Of a stretch of 64,000 nucleotides of DNA, positions 18,612-27,306 are shown one piece after another. The notes beneath the pieces are model-generated. The model ran no database searches, was not told the origin of the DNA, and saw nothing but the letters and a program-made list of their open reading frames with translations. The position numbers were made by a program, and so were the translations under genes. Each line of letters starts with the position of its first letter. The stretch's first letter is position 1. Source of the stretch: a virus. The DNA lies in the IMG/VR virus record IMGVR_UViG_3300008012_000022, positions 29,369-93,368 of that record. One strand, 5' to 3'.

Positions 18612-19691
18612 ATGATTCTAGAAGCACCAATCAACCCATTGTCGATAGGCAATGTAAGTTATAATATTTTAAGGGAACTCCATCGAAGCGATTGTCGCGT
18701 CGATGGTATCTTTCCAGTCGGTAACAACTACGATTTTACCGCTTATGAACCTGTTGACTCTGAACTGAGGCAATGGGCAGACGAAAGGAGAGCAAACGCC
18801 ATAGAAAGATTGGCGCGGAAAACGCCTGTCCTGAAATGCTGGCACATTGGAGGATCAGAATCTAAACTGACTGATCATCAGACGCTACTAACCTTCTATG
18901 AGGTTGATGCCCCAACTAAAACTGAAATTGCTATCGTGAAGTCAATGGACCACGTAGCTTTTTCCTCAAGCGAAGCTGCCGAAACTTTTAAAAGTTGTGG
19001 TTGTGATAATGTTTCACATGTTCCATTAGGTTTCGATGAAGACTTTGCAAGAGATCAAGAGGTAGTTCGGCGCGTCAACCAATGTCATTTTATTCTCGTC
19101 GGCAAGTTGGAAACACGCAAGAATACCCAACGCATTATTAAGTTGTGGTTAGAGAAATACGGTAACAATAACGATTACCAATTGACTTGCGTGGTCAACA
19201 ATCCATTTTTCAAAAAAGAATTTTACACCCAAATTGTGAATAACATATTGGGCGGCAAAACATGGTCTAATCTTAATTTTAAAGACCCTATCGCCACGAA
19301 TTACGAGGTCGCTATGCTGCATAGGGCAGCAGATATTGATTTAAGCGGAATCTCTAATGGTGAGGGGTGGGGTCTACCCGCGTTCAATAGCACGTGTCTC
19401 GGTAAGTGGTCGGTTGTATCTAATTGTTCCGGCCACTCCGATTGGGCGAACGAAGACAATTCTATTCTGATCGAAACCAATGGGAAACAGCCTTGCTATG
19501 ATGGAATGTTCTTCCATGAGGGTCAACCATTCAATCAGGGGAGCTACCATCGCATCGAAGATGATGCAATTATTGATGGTATGGAGCGAGCGGTTGATAA
19601 GGTTGGAACTATTAATCAAGCTGGTCTTGATTTGGGGCGGAAGTTGACTTACAAAAATACTGTTGAACAACTATTAGAAAAATTGTCATGA
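18612..19691 (+). CDS. glycosyltransferase, GT-B (GT4-like)
   Basis: VPLGFD, VGKLETRKN, GEGWGLP. Confidence 0.8.
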   Translation: MILEAPINPLSIGNVSYNILRELHRSDCRVDGIFPVGNNYDFTAYEPVDSELRQWADERRANAIERLARKTPVLKCWHIGGSESKLTDHQTLLTFYEVDAPTKTEIAIVKSMDHVAFSSSEAAETFKSCGCDNVSHVPLGFDEDFARDQEVVRRVNQCHFILVGKLETRKNTQRIIKLWLEKYGNNNDYQLTCVVNNPFFKKEFYTQIVNNILGGKTWSNLNFKDPIATNYEVAMLHRAADIDLSGISNGEGWGLPAFNSTCLGKWSVVSNCSGHSDWANEDNSILIETNGKQPCYDGMFFHEGQPFNQGSYHRIEDDAIIDGMERAVDKVGTINQAGLDLGRKLTYKNTVEQLLEKLS

Positions 19692-20110
19692 GAAAAATTC
19701 ATGCACAAGCTTTTGTTGAAGCAGAACATGCTTGCAACATTGACATTCTTGTTCTTGTAAGAGAGAAGGGGCGCACTCGTCCAGCCTTACCAAAGGAAAT
19801 TCAATCTTATATTATAGATACAGACTATGCGCCAGATTCTAAGTGGGCAAAAATTACATGGCATACAGGTAGCATCATTATCTTACGTTTAGTTACTGAT
19901 GAAATACCAACCGATAAGGCTCAAGTTGTATTATTTGACGGTGCCCCCGACAAGTGGATAAATATTATTGATCAAGAGAAGCTTGATGGATACATTGACA
20001 ACCTTGAAGTTTCGCGCTATTTTGACAAAGAGCTAGCCGAAACAATAGAAATCTTAGCTGGCACGAATATTAATCCAATCGATGCAGCGCCCAAATTTAA
20101 GTTCGTATGA
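19688..20110 (+). CDS. hypothetical protein
   Basis: ATGA overlaps at both ends. Confidence 0.65.
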   Translation: MRKIHAQAFVEAEHACNIDILVLVREKGRTRPALPKEIQSYIIDTDYAPDSKWAKITWHTGSIIILRLVTDEIPTDKAQVVLFDGAPDKWINIIDQEKLDGYIDNLEVSRYFDKELAETIEILAGTNINPIDAAPKFKFV

Positions 20111-20316
20111 TGGAGATAGTTAGCATAATTATAGGGATAGCAGTTACATTTATTTCAATACCGTGTCTGTTTTTAAGTATTAGTGGAAGTGCCGAGATGT
20201 CAGAAACGATAGAGATTAATGGTATTCAATATGATACTACATGGAGACTTTTTGCGCTACCATGTTTACATCTTGTCGGTGGAATACTTTTGATCCTGCA
20301 TGGATTTAATGTGTAA
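20107..20316 (+). CDS. small two-TM membrane protein
   Basis: Two hydrophobic segments. Confidence 0.65.
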   Translation: MMEIVSIIIGIAVTFISIPCLFLSISGSAEMSETIEINGIQYDTTWRLFALPCLHLVGGILLILHGFNV

Positions 20317-20324
20317 TCGGTGGT

Positions 20325-20780
20325 ATGCCACAATATTTGTATAAACATCCTGAAAAAGATCAATACGTGGAGATTACTCAACGTATGGTCGAAAAACATG
20401 AGTTCATTGATGCTGAAGGTGTTGAGTGGAAACGAGTATTCACCGTGCCACAAGCTATTATTTCTGCGGGAAGTGAAGTAGACCCATTTGATATCAAATC
20501 TCACGTTGATAAGACGGGGCACATGAAAGGAACGATGGGAGATCTTTTCGACTTCTCAAAAGAGATGTCTGAACGTCGCGCCGAAAAATTAGGTCACGAA
20601 GATCCGTTGAAACGCAAGTTTCTTAACGATTATCACAAGCGCACTGGTAGTAAGCACCTTGACGACTTACCGAAGAAAATCGAAACAGAGCACGCCACGA
20701 TTGATTTAACAAAACCGATGGAACTTCCAACGGGTGGCGCTTATGATCTGCCGACTTCTACTTCTAGCGATGACGATTAG
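20325..20780 (+). CDS. FmdB-like protein lacking the zinc cysteines
   Basis: MPQYLY...E..Q.M start, WKRVFTVP; GTGTAA just upstream. Confidence 0.5.
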   Translation: MPQYLYKHPEKDQYVEITQRMVEKHEFIDAEGVEWKRVFTVPQAIISAGSEVDPFDIKSHVDKTGHMKGTMGDLFDFSKEMSERRAEKLGHEDPLKRKFLNDYHKRTGSKHLDDLPKKIETEHATIDLTKPMELPTGGAYDLPTSTSSDDD

Positions 20781-21899
20781 TTACCAACTAAGTGCAATTC
20801 GCGCCCAACCGCTATCATTTCTAGACCCCCATCCTGTGCAGACGTACATATAATCGTCGTCCCACACAACTTGTCGTCTTCTACCCGTCGAATTATAATT
20901 GGTAGGCACAGTAACTCCTGAACCGAGTTGAATATACTCTTTGACAAATAACTCTCCTGAGTCCGTAATGGCACCACAAAGTTCATCGTTGCCATTCTCT
21001 ACTGACAGAGAATTTTCTCTGAAATACGCGTCGTTATCGCCAGTGTTATGGTAATCTCGACCAGAATCTATATCGTTGATTCTGAGGTTGAGACTGCTTC
21101 GGAATACTCCTGATGAATGGTGCTCTAATTCTGGCGCGAAAGTATGAAGAGTGAAGAAATTGTTGTATCCTGATGCTTTGATACGATCACCTGATGACAT
21201 CAAAATATCGTTTTCCATTTGGATTTCACCAGTAATATTCTCTTCGATACTGTGTATCAATGAGTCATTGCTATCCCTCATATCTCCGAGGAATCTAGCT
21301 ACTCCACTGAATGTTCCAGTTCCACCAACATCTAAATTGTTATTTGCGACAATATCGTGTCCGCTTATGAATAATTCTCCACCTGTTATCCACAACGCAT
21401 CATCTAAATAAGTTTGGTTCTGTAAAAATATACCCCCATTGAAATACATAGCGAGAGTATCATCACCCATATCTTCACCGATGGTGAACAGACTATCTTT
21501 CAATACCATAGCTCCTGTATGAAGGATATTAATGTAACTACCTATAGCTGTAGAATAATCGCCGCTTACATCGTTACTTACTCCACCAACAATTGTATTA
21601 TTTTTGCCAGTTATCGTTGAATTGGAAGACGATACGATGGTATTATCTATTCCTCCTACGACATTATTTATGCCGTTAAACATGTGAGAACGATCATCAG
21701 TTGTCACATTATTACTAGAATTCGGAGTATAAACAGATCCCCCGTTTAGTCCGAGAGAACCTGTTACAGTAAAGTCTCCCGTTAAAGATTCTAACAGAAT
21801 GACATTAAAGAAGTCCACACCTTGATCAGTATGGATATTTCCCGAAGGAACGTTCAAGGCGTAAGGCGTATATTGCCGTGGGTCTATCTTATTTTTCAT
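20781..21899 (-). CDS. putative virion fibre/structural protein
   Basis: G/N/S/T-rich beta repeats (NTIVGGVSNDVSG); C-terminal P...STG...WDDDYMYVC...W.R.AL module common in phage fibres. Confidence 0.6.
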   Translation of the reverse strand: MKNKIDPRQYTPYALNVPSGNIHTDQGVDFFNVILLESLTGDFTVTGSLGLNGGSVYTPNSSNNVTTDDRSHMFNGINNVVGGIDNTIVSSSNSTITGKNNTIVGGVSNDVSGDYSTAIGSYINILHTGAMVLKDSLFTIGEDMGDDTLAMYFNGGIFLQNQTYLDDALWITGGELFISGHDIVANNNLDVGGTGTFSGVARFLGDMRDSNDSLIHSIEENITGEIQMENDILMSSGDRIKASGYNNFFTLHTFAPELEHHSSGVFRSSLNLRINDIDSGRDYHNTGDNDAYFRENSLSVENGNDELCGAITDSGELFVKEYIQLGSGVTVPTNYNSTGRRRQVVWDDDYMYVCTGWGSRNDSGWARIALSW

Positions 21900-21946
21900 T
21901 GATAAATTGTGGGGCGTTCCCTATGATTGAAAAAGTATTCACTGAT

Positions 21947-22474
21947 ATGAGTTACACTATTTATAAGCCAAATTCCAAATCAACAGGAGGATTAGCCTCT
22001 TTCCGTGTATCGAAGTCCGAAAAAGGAGATGATACCGTTGCCCAATTATTTGTAGAATTCGTTCCACAAGAGTCGTGGGATTCGAAAAGTCGAACAGGAA
22101 AGTTCAGTAAAACCACCAAAAAATGCGTGATGTTTAATGTTTCTGAGGCTGGCGAGATGATTGCCTGCCTGAAAAACGGTTATCCATGGCAAACTTATCA
22201 CAAATCTGAATCATCTGACACTCAAATTACTTTCGGACCATGGGCTAAGGACCATGAAGTAGGAAAAAAAGGAAATAATGGTTATTGGAGCGGCAAAAAA
22301 AATGATTGGGTGCTATCAGTTTATACCAACGGAGAGCGTAGTGGTATCACAGCGTCGGCTGGTGAAGCAGAAGTACTTCTGCGATTACTGGAGAAGTTTG
22401 TAGACACAGCATTGCTCTGTAATGCAGCGAATCATAAGCGCCGATTTGAAGAATCACAAAAGAATAAAGACTAA
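21947..22474 (+). CDS. putative ssDNA-binding protein (Whirly-like)
   Basis: YTIYK, LFVEFVP...W, FNVSEAGEMI and C-terminal EAEVL helix resemble the Whirly domain pattern. Confidence 0.4.
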   Translation: MSYTIYKPNSKSTGGLASFRVSKSEKGDDTVAQLFVEFVPQESWDSKSRTGKFSKTTKKCVMFNVSEAGEMIACLKNGYPWQTYHKSESSDTQITFGPWAKDHEVGKKGNNGYWSGKKNDWVLSVYTNGERSGITASAGEAEVLLRLLEKFVDTALLCNAANHKRRFEESQKNKD

Positions 22475-22779
22475 TGGGAGAGAAATCTATATTTGACCTG
22501 ATTGCGTTGTGGCATCATGATCGAAATTTAATTGAAGGTGCAACGGATAAAGACCAGTTTGCAAAACTTATTCAGGAAGCTGGAGAATTGTCAGTAAGTA
22601 TCTGTAAGCAACGATCACCGAAAGATGATATTGGTGATATGATTGTGGTTCTAACCAACATTGCCGAACGACACGGACTCACTATAGAAGAATGCGCCGA
22701 ACATGCTTATAACGAAATTAAAGATCGTCGTGGTAAGATGGTTGATGGAGTGTTTATCAAGGAAGATTGTGACGATTGA
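22474..22779 (+). CDS. MazG-like nucleotide pyrophosphohydrolase
   Basis: KLIQEAGEL, DDIGDMIVVL, AYNEIKDRRG. Confidence 0.85.
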   Translation: MGEKSIFDLIALWHHDRNLIEGATDKDQFAKLIQEAGELSVSICKQRSPKDDIGDMIVVLTNIAERHGLTIEECAEHAYNEIKDRRGKMVDGVFIKEDCDD

Positions 22780-22835
22780 ACCGCAACATTTGTAACAGTT
22801 AACGGTGGGTTAGCTGGAGCTAGTTTATTTAAGTA

Positions 22836-23036
22836 ATGAAAGTGGGTGATATAATATCACATGACAGATTGGGTCGTGGGGTTGTAACTAAATTGTTTAT
22901 AGGTAAAGGTAATAAAAAAGGAACAGATGAAATAATTGATTGTCACATGATGAAAGTTAAATACGATTCAGATGGACAAATAAGAAGTTGTTTTCAAAAT
23001 TGTTCTTTGGTTACGAAATTGCGTAGTGAAAATTAA
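22836..23036 (+). CDS. hypothetical protein (SH3-like beta)
   Basis: MKVGDIISH...G.G.V. Confidence 0.55.
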   Translation: MKVGDIISHDRLGRGVVTKLFIGKGNKKGTDEIIDCHMMKVKYDSDGQIRSCFQNCSLVTKLRSEN

Positions 23037-24919
23037 TGAAAATCCTATTCGTTTCCAACTTTTCTAAAGCTGTTACAGGGTTTGGAAAGAACATGAAGAA
23101 TGTCCTTCGGGCACTTCATGAAGATCCGCGCTTCGAAGTAGTTGAAGCGGCGAACGGCTGTCTATATGGTGCCGATTTGAGGACACCATGGAAAAGCTAT
23201 GGCACATTTCCATCTAATCCATCTGTGCGCCAAAAGATTGAGGCTAACCCTCATGAAAAACGGATGGCAGAGTATGGCAACCATACTATTGACGATATTG
23301 TTTACGCTGAGAAACCTGATATCATCGTCGGTATCGAAGATATTTGGGCGTTCGATTGGGCCAAAAGGAAGTGGTTTAACGAAATACCTGTAGTTATCTG
23401 GACAACTCTTGATTCTTCACCTGTTTTACAGCAAGCGTATGATTTAGCGCCGAAGGTTGATAAATTTTTGGTGTGGGCATCCTTCGCAGAGAAGGAGATG
23501 AAAAAGAATGGAGTAGATAATGTTGAAACTATACACGGAGCTATTGATCTGTCACATTTCCATCCTTTGGAAGACGAAAAGCGCCAAAAATTACGAGAGC
23601 GTCATGGAATTGATGACTTTCTGGTGGGTTTTGTTTTTAAAAACCAGCTACGCAAGTCTGTCCCTAATCTACTGGAAGGTTTTAAACAATTTCAAGAAAA
23701 GAATCCTAACGCGAAACTGTTACTACATACCGATTGGGTGGTAAGTGATAACACGTGGGACATTCCGCGCTATATCAAAGAGAAAGGTTTACACCCTGCT
23801 TCTGTATTAGCCACATATTTATGTGAAGGTTGTAAGCGTTACCAGTTGCTTCCATATACAGGGGAGAAGATTCGTTGTTCATGTTGTGGCGGCGAAGATA
23901 CTCTTGTCACAAAGTCGAACATGTTTGGTGTCACCGAACATGAACTGAACGAGATTTATAATATGATGGATGTATATTGTCATCCATTTACATCAGGTGG
24001 GCAAGAGCTACCTGTTCAAGAGGCTAAAGCTGCGGGTTTAACGACCTTAGTAACTGAATATAGTTGCGGCACAGACTGTTGCTATGAGAACATGGGAGGT
24101 CTACCGCTGAAATGGGTAGAATATAGAGAACCATATACTCAGTTCATCAAAGCTACTACACTTCCAGAGTCTATTTGTGAACAGCTACAGAGAGTCAAAG
24201 ATTTTACCGAAGAAGAGAAACAGATTATGAAAAATCGTTCTCTCAATTGGGTCGGACTTAACTTTTCTGTAAAAAGAACAGTTGAAAAGTTAACGTCCAT
24301 CTTTGAAGAGTTTGGTAAATGCGAGTGGGATTTTAATCGTGAGGATAAATATTATGATTCAGACTTTGAACCAGATTCGGCGCTCCACGATACTGAATGG
24401 GTCCAATCTTTATACAAAGGAATTTTCGATAAGGATTTTGATGATTCACACGTAGAGGTTAAAGAAAGTCTACAAGTTATTCAACGCGAAGGTAGAGACA
24501 AGCTACATGAATATTTAAAAGCTGCGGCTAGACAAAAGAATGCTGAAAAGAAAGGGCGCGAAACTTCTCTAGAGGATCTGTTAGATGGTAAGAAGCAAGA
24601 CAGAATTGCAGTTGTTCTACCAGAATCCGCTGGAGATGTATTAATGTGTAATTCGCTACTATCGAATTTGAAGAAACTATACCCAAAGAAGGATATTTAC
24701 TTTTTCACAAACCCTATGTTTTTTCCCATGGTAAATGCTAATCCAGCAATACACAAATTGATTCCTTATAAAGAAGGACTTGATAATCTTCTATTATTAG
24801 AGGGTCAAGGCAAGCATAGTGGCTACTTTGATATGGCATTTTTGCCACATGTAGGTTGCCAAAGAATACTAAATTATTTACATAATGGAAAACAACAACA
24901 CCAATTCAGTCTCCGCTAA
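23036..24919 (+). CDS. multidomain glycosyltransferase (GT4-like plus C-terminal GT9 N-lobe-like segment)
   Basis: TGFGK, HGAID, KNQLRKS, GGQELPVQEA; later SAGDVLMCNSLLSNLKKLYP. Confidence 0.8.
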   Translation: MKILFVSNFSKAVTGFGKNMKNVLRALHEDPRFEVVEAANGCLYGADLRTPWKSYGTFPSNPSVRQKIEANPHEKRMAEYGNHTIDDIVYAEKPDIIVGIEDIWAFDWAKRKWFNEIPVVIWTTLDSSPVLQQAYDLAPKVDKFLVWASFAEKEMKKNGVDNVETIHGAIDLSHFHPLEDEKRQKLRERHGIDDFLVGFVFKNQLRKSVPNLLEGFKQFQEKNPNAKLLLHTDWVVSDNTWDIPRYIKEKGLHPASVLATYLCEGCKRYQLLPYTGEKIRCSCCGGEDTLVTKSNMFGVTEHELNEIYNMMDVYCHPFTSGGQELPVQEAKAAGLTTLVTEYSCGTDCCYENMGGLPLKWVEYREPYTQFIKATTLPESICEQLQRVKDFTEEEKQIMKNRSLNWVGLNFSVKRTVEKLTSIFEEFGKCEWDFNREDKYYDSDFEPDSALHDTEWVQSLYKGIFDKDFDDSHVEVKESLQVIQREGRDKLHEYLKAAARQKNAEKKGRETSLEDLLDGKKQDRIAVVLPESAGDVLMCNSLLSNLKKLYPKKDIYFFTNPMFFPMVNANPAIHKLIPYKEGLDNLLLLEGQGKHSGYFDMAFLPHVGCQRILNYLHNGKQQHQFSLR

Positions 24920-25076
24920 GGTTCTACAAGAAGCATTAACCGTGGCTAAAAATCGTGGCGAAGGGGTAAACTGGTCTGCTTTTGAGCGCCGAATTCTCAA
25001 CGCACTTGAGGAAGAACATGGCATCAAGTTTCGTAATGAACGATTGGCACGTAAAACTATAGAGGCTACTAGATAA
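24885..25076 (+). CDS. hypothetical protein
   Basis: 63-aa co-oriented ORF. Confidence 0.5.
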   Translation: MENNNTNSVSAKVLQEALTVAKNRGEGVNWSAFERRILNALEEEHGIKFRNERLARKTIEATR

Positions 25077-25079
25077 AGT

Positions 25080-25376
25080 ATGGACTTAAATGATCTAAAC
25101 GATTTTTATCAAAGTATTAATAGAGATCCGTTGTATTTGATTAGCGACTCTATTATAATCGACAATAAAAAATCTGAACATTTTGGGAAAAGAGCTATAG
25201 AGATACGACATCCTAACGGACTTGAAGTTACATTAAAGGTTGGGGATAAAATTGATTGGCCCTCAACCCTTAGCGACGAAGAAGAGACTAAAACGATCGT
25301 CGCAATCGAACATCTACGTCAATGTAGTTATACCCTTAGAGATAATAAAGATAGAATTTGGGCAGTAATAGAATGA
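25080..25376 (+). CDS. hypothetical protein
   Basis: 98-aa co-oriented ORF. Confidence 0.6.
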   Translation: MDLNDLNDFYQSINRDPLYLISDSIIIDNKKSEHFGKRAIEIRHPNGLEVTLKVGDKIDWPSTLSDEEETKTIVAIEHLRQCSYTLRDNKDRIWAVIE

Positions 25377-26506
25377 GCCATTTAGTAGAACTATACGCAA
25401 AAGATCTCGGTGTTAAGATAGGTGATCCTGTCTTACATCCACATTATTATCCAGTTCCTTATGAGAAGTATATTACTATACATACTTCTGACAAGGTTCC
25501 AGCAAAGAACTATAGCTATTGGAATACAGTGGTCAAGATCCTACGCAAATCATTAGGCGACATCAAGATTGTTCAGGTCGGCACCGAAGTTGACCCACCA
25601 ATTGAAGATGTTGATTGCTTCTATAATAAAACGACTTTTAATCAGAGTATGTTTATTCTTCAGCACTCGCTATGTCATGTAGGAATCGATTCGGTTCCTG
25701 TTCATCTAGCGGCAGCATTGGAGACACCAACCGTAACAGTATACGGACATACATACTCGACCACCTGTGATACCTCATGGGTGAATACAAAGCTTAGGCA
25801 TATCCAACTGAATCCAAAGCGCGAAAAAGGTGAATGTCCATCATTCTCTCTGAGCGAACACCCTAAAACCGTTGATAGGATTTTACCTGAAAAAATTGCA
25901 GAGGCAGTTTTTAAGCAGTTGGGTATGTCCAAATTTCAATCAGAAAAAACAGTTCATGTTGGGAGAAACTTCTTACATAAAACGATTGACGTAGTGCCAA
26001 CCAATGAATTCTGTAATCTACCGAAGGTTAATGATGCTGTGGTCAGACTTCGTATGGATCTAAATCATAGCGAAGTGGATATGCACACCATTCTTCAAGG
26101 TAGTCCTAACAGTTTTGAAGTAGTAACTAACCAGCCTATCAATACGCAACTTCTTGAAATGCGTAAACCACAAATTGAAAAGGTTGTTTACACGACAGAT
26201 GAATTTGACGAACCATTCCTTGAATACCTTCGGAATTCAAATATTAAATTTGAACTGAATTCGACAAACCCCAAAAAGCTTGCCGAACAACGCAATAAGT
26301 TTTTTCACTTCGATATTGTTCTTGAAGTTCCTCCAGAAATCCCATCGAAGGTTAAAAAAGATGTGTTAAAGAAAAATGTTCAGTTTGATACGGGGAAAAT
26401 ATACCTCATAGGAGATAAAAGAGTCGTCACATTAGCAAAAAGTTACGATTCTGATGAATTTTGGCTTGACGCAGAGTATTTTAGGTTCTATACTAACACA
26501 AATTAA
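25373..26506 (+). CDS. GT9 (heptosyltransferase-like) C-lobe protein
   Basis: AKNYSYW, IVQVG, HVGIDSVPVHLAAALETPTVTVYG. Confidence 0.75.
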   Translation: MSHLVELYAKDLGVKIGDPVLHPHYYPVPYEKYITIHTSDKVPAKNYSYWNTVVKILRKSLGDIKIVQVGTEVDPPIEDVDCFYNKTTFNQSMFILQHSLCHVGIDSVPVHLAAALETPTVTVYGHTYSTTCDTSWVNTKLRHIQLNPKREKGECPSFSLSEHPKTVDRILPEKIAEAVFKQLGMSKFQSEKTVHVGRNFLHKTIDVVPTNEFCNLPKVNDAVVRLRMDLNHSEVDMHTILQGSPNSFEVVTNQPINTQLLEMRKPQIEKVVYTTDEFDEPFLEYLRNSNIKFELNSTNPKKLAEQRNKFFHFDIVLEVPPEIPSKVKKDVLKKNVQFDTGKIYLIGDKRVVTLAKSYDSDEFWLDAEYFRFYTNTN

Positions 26507-26511
26507 GAATT

Positions 26512-27306
26512 ATGAGTACAACTAAGAAAGCTCCAACTAAGAAAGCTTCAACGAAAAAAGCACAACCGCTTCTCAAACGAGATAGTAATGGTTTGTTAGA
26601 AGGAGTTGAATACAAATTTGACGATGATGGATTTATTGATTGGAGGGCAATGGTATCGCCTGATATGGTCTATCCTAATAAGGACTGGTTCGCGGCTCAT
26701 AATAAGCCTGTGCCACCTGAGACTCCAGAAGAACTAGCCAAACTAAAAGATAATCAGTTAGTTATTAAATTGGGTGGGTTGAAAAAATTGCTCCGACTTC
26801 GCGGCTATGATCGTGTTGAATTCGATATCAACAATGTCGCAGAAGGACACGTAGTAGCTAGTGCATGGATCTCATTCGCGCCGAACTACGAAACTAATGG
26901 TGAGAAAGTCCACTACAACGAGGTAGCCAACGCACGAGACGACAACACAGATAGCTTCGGAGAGAAATATTTGGAAACATTCGCGGCTAACCGTGCATTT
27001 GCACGGTGCATCCGTAACTTTCTGAACATCAACATCGTCTCTAAAGAGGAAATGGACCAGTCTAGTGGTAAGTCGCCATCATCATCGAGCAGTAATAATG
27101 ATGCGCCTGCTTCATCAGGATTCACGCCTCAAGATTCCCTCAAGAATAAGGCTAACGAAAAAGGTTTTAACACCTTTCCTAAATTCCTACAAAGACTTCG
27201 CGACCTATGGGAAGAAGGAACCTACAAAAACGCAGAAGCTAAGAATTGGAAAGGTTTCAAAGATGTTCCTGCTAAAGATGCACGGACCCTTATCACCTTA
27301 ATCTAA
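26512..27306 (+). CDS. putative single-strand annealing protein (Rad52/Sak-like)
   Basis: VIKLGGL, VVASA, ETFAANRAFARCIR; low-complexity linker and small C-terminal domain. Confidence 0.4.
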   Translation: MSTTKKAPTKKASTKKAQPLLKRDSNGLLEGVEYKFDDDGFIDWRAMVSPDMVYPNKDWFAAHNKPVPPETPEELAKLKDNQLVIKLGGLKKLLRLRGYDRVEFDINNVAEGHVVASAWISFAPNYETNGEKVHYNEVANARDDNTDSFGEKYLETFAANRAFARCIRNFLNINIVSKEEMDQSSGKSPSSSSSNNDAPASSGFTPQDSLKNKANEKGFNTFPKFLQRLRDLWEEGTYKNAEAKNWKGFKDVPAKDARTLITLI

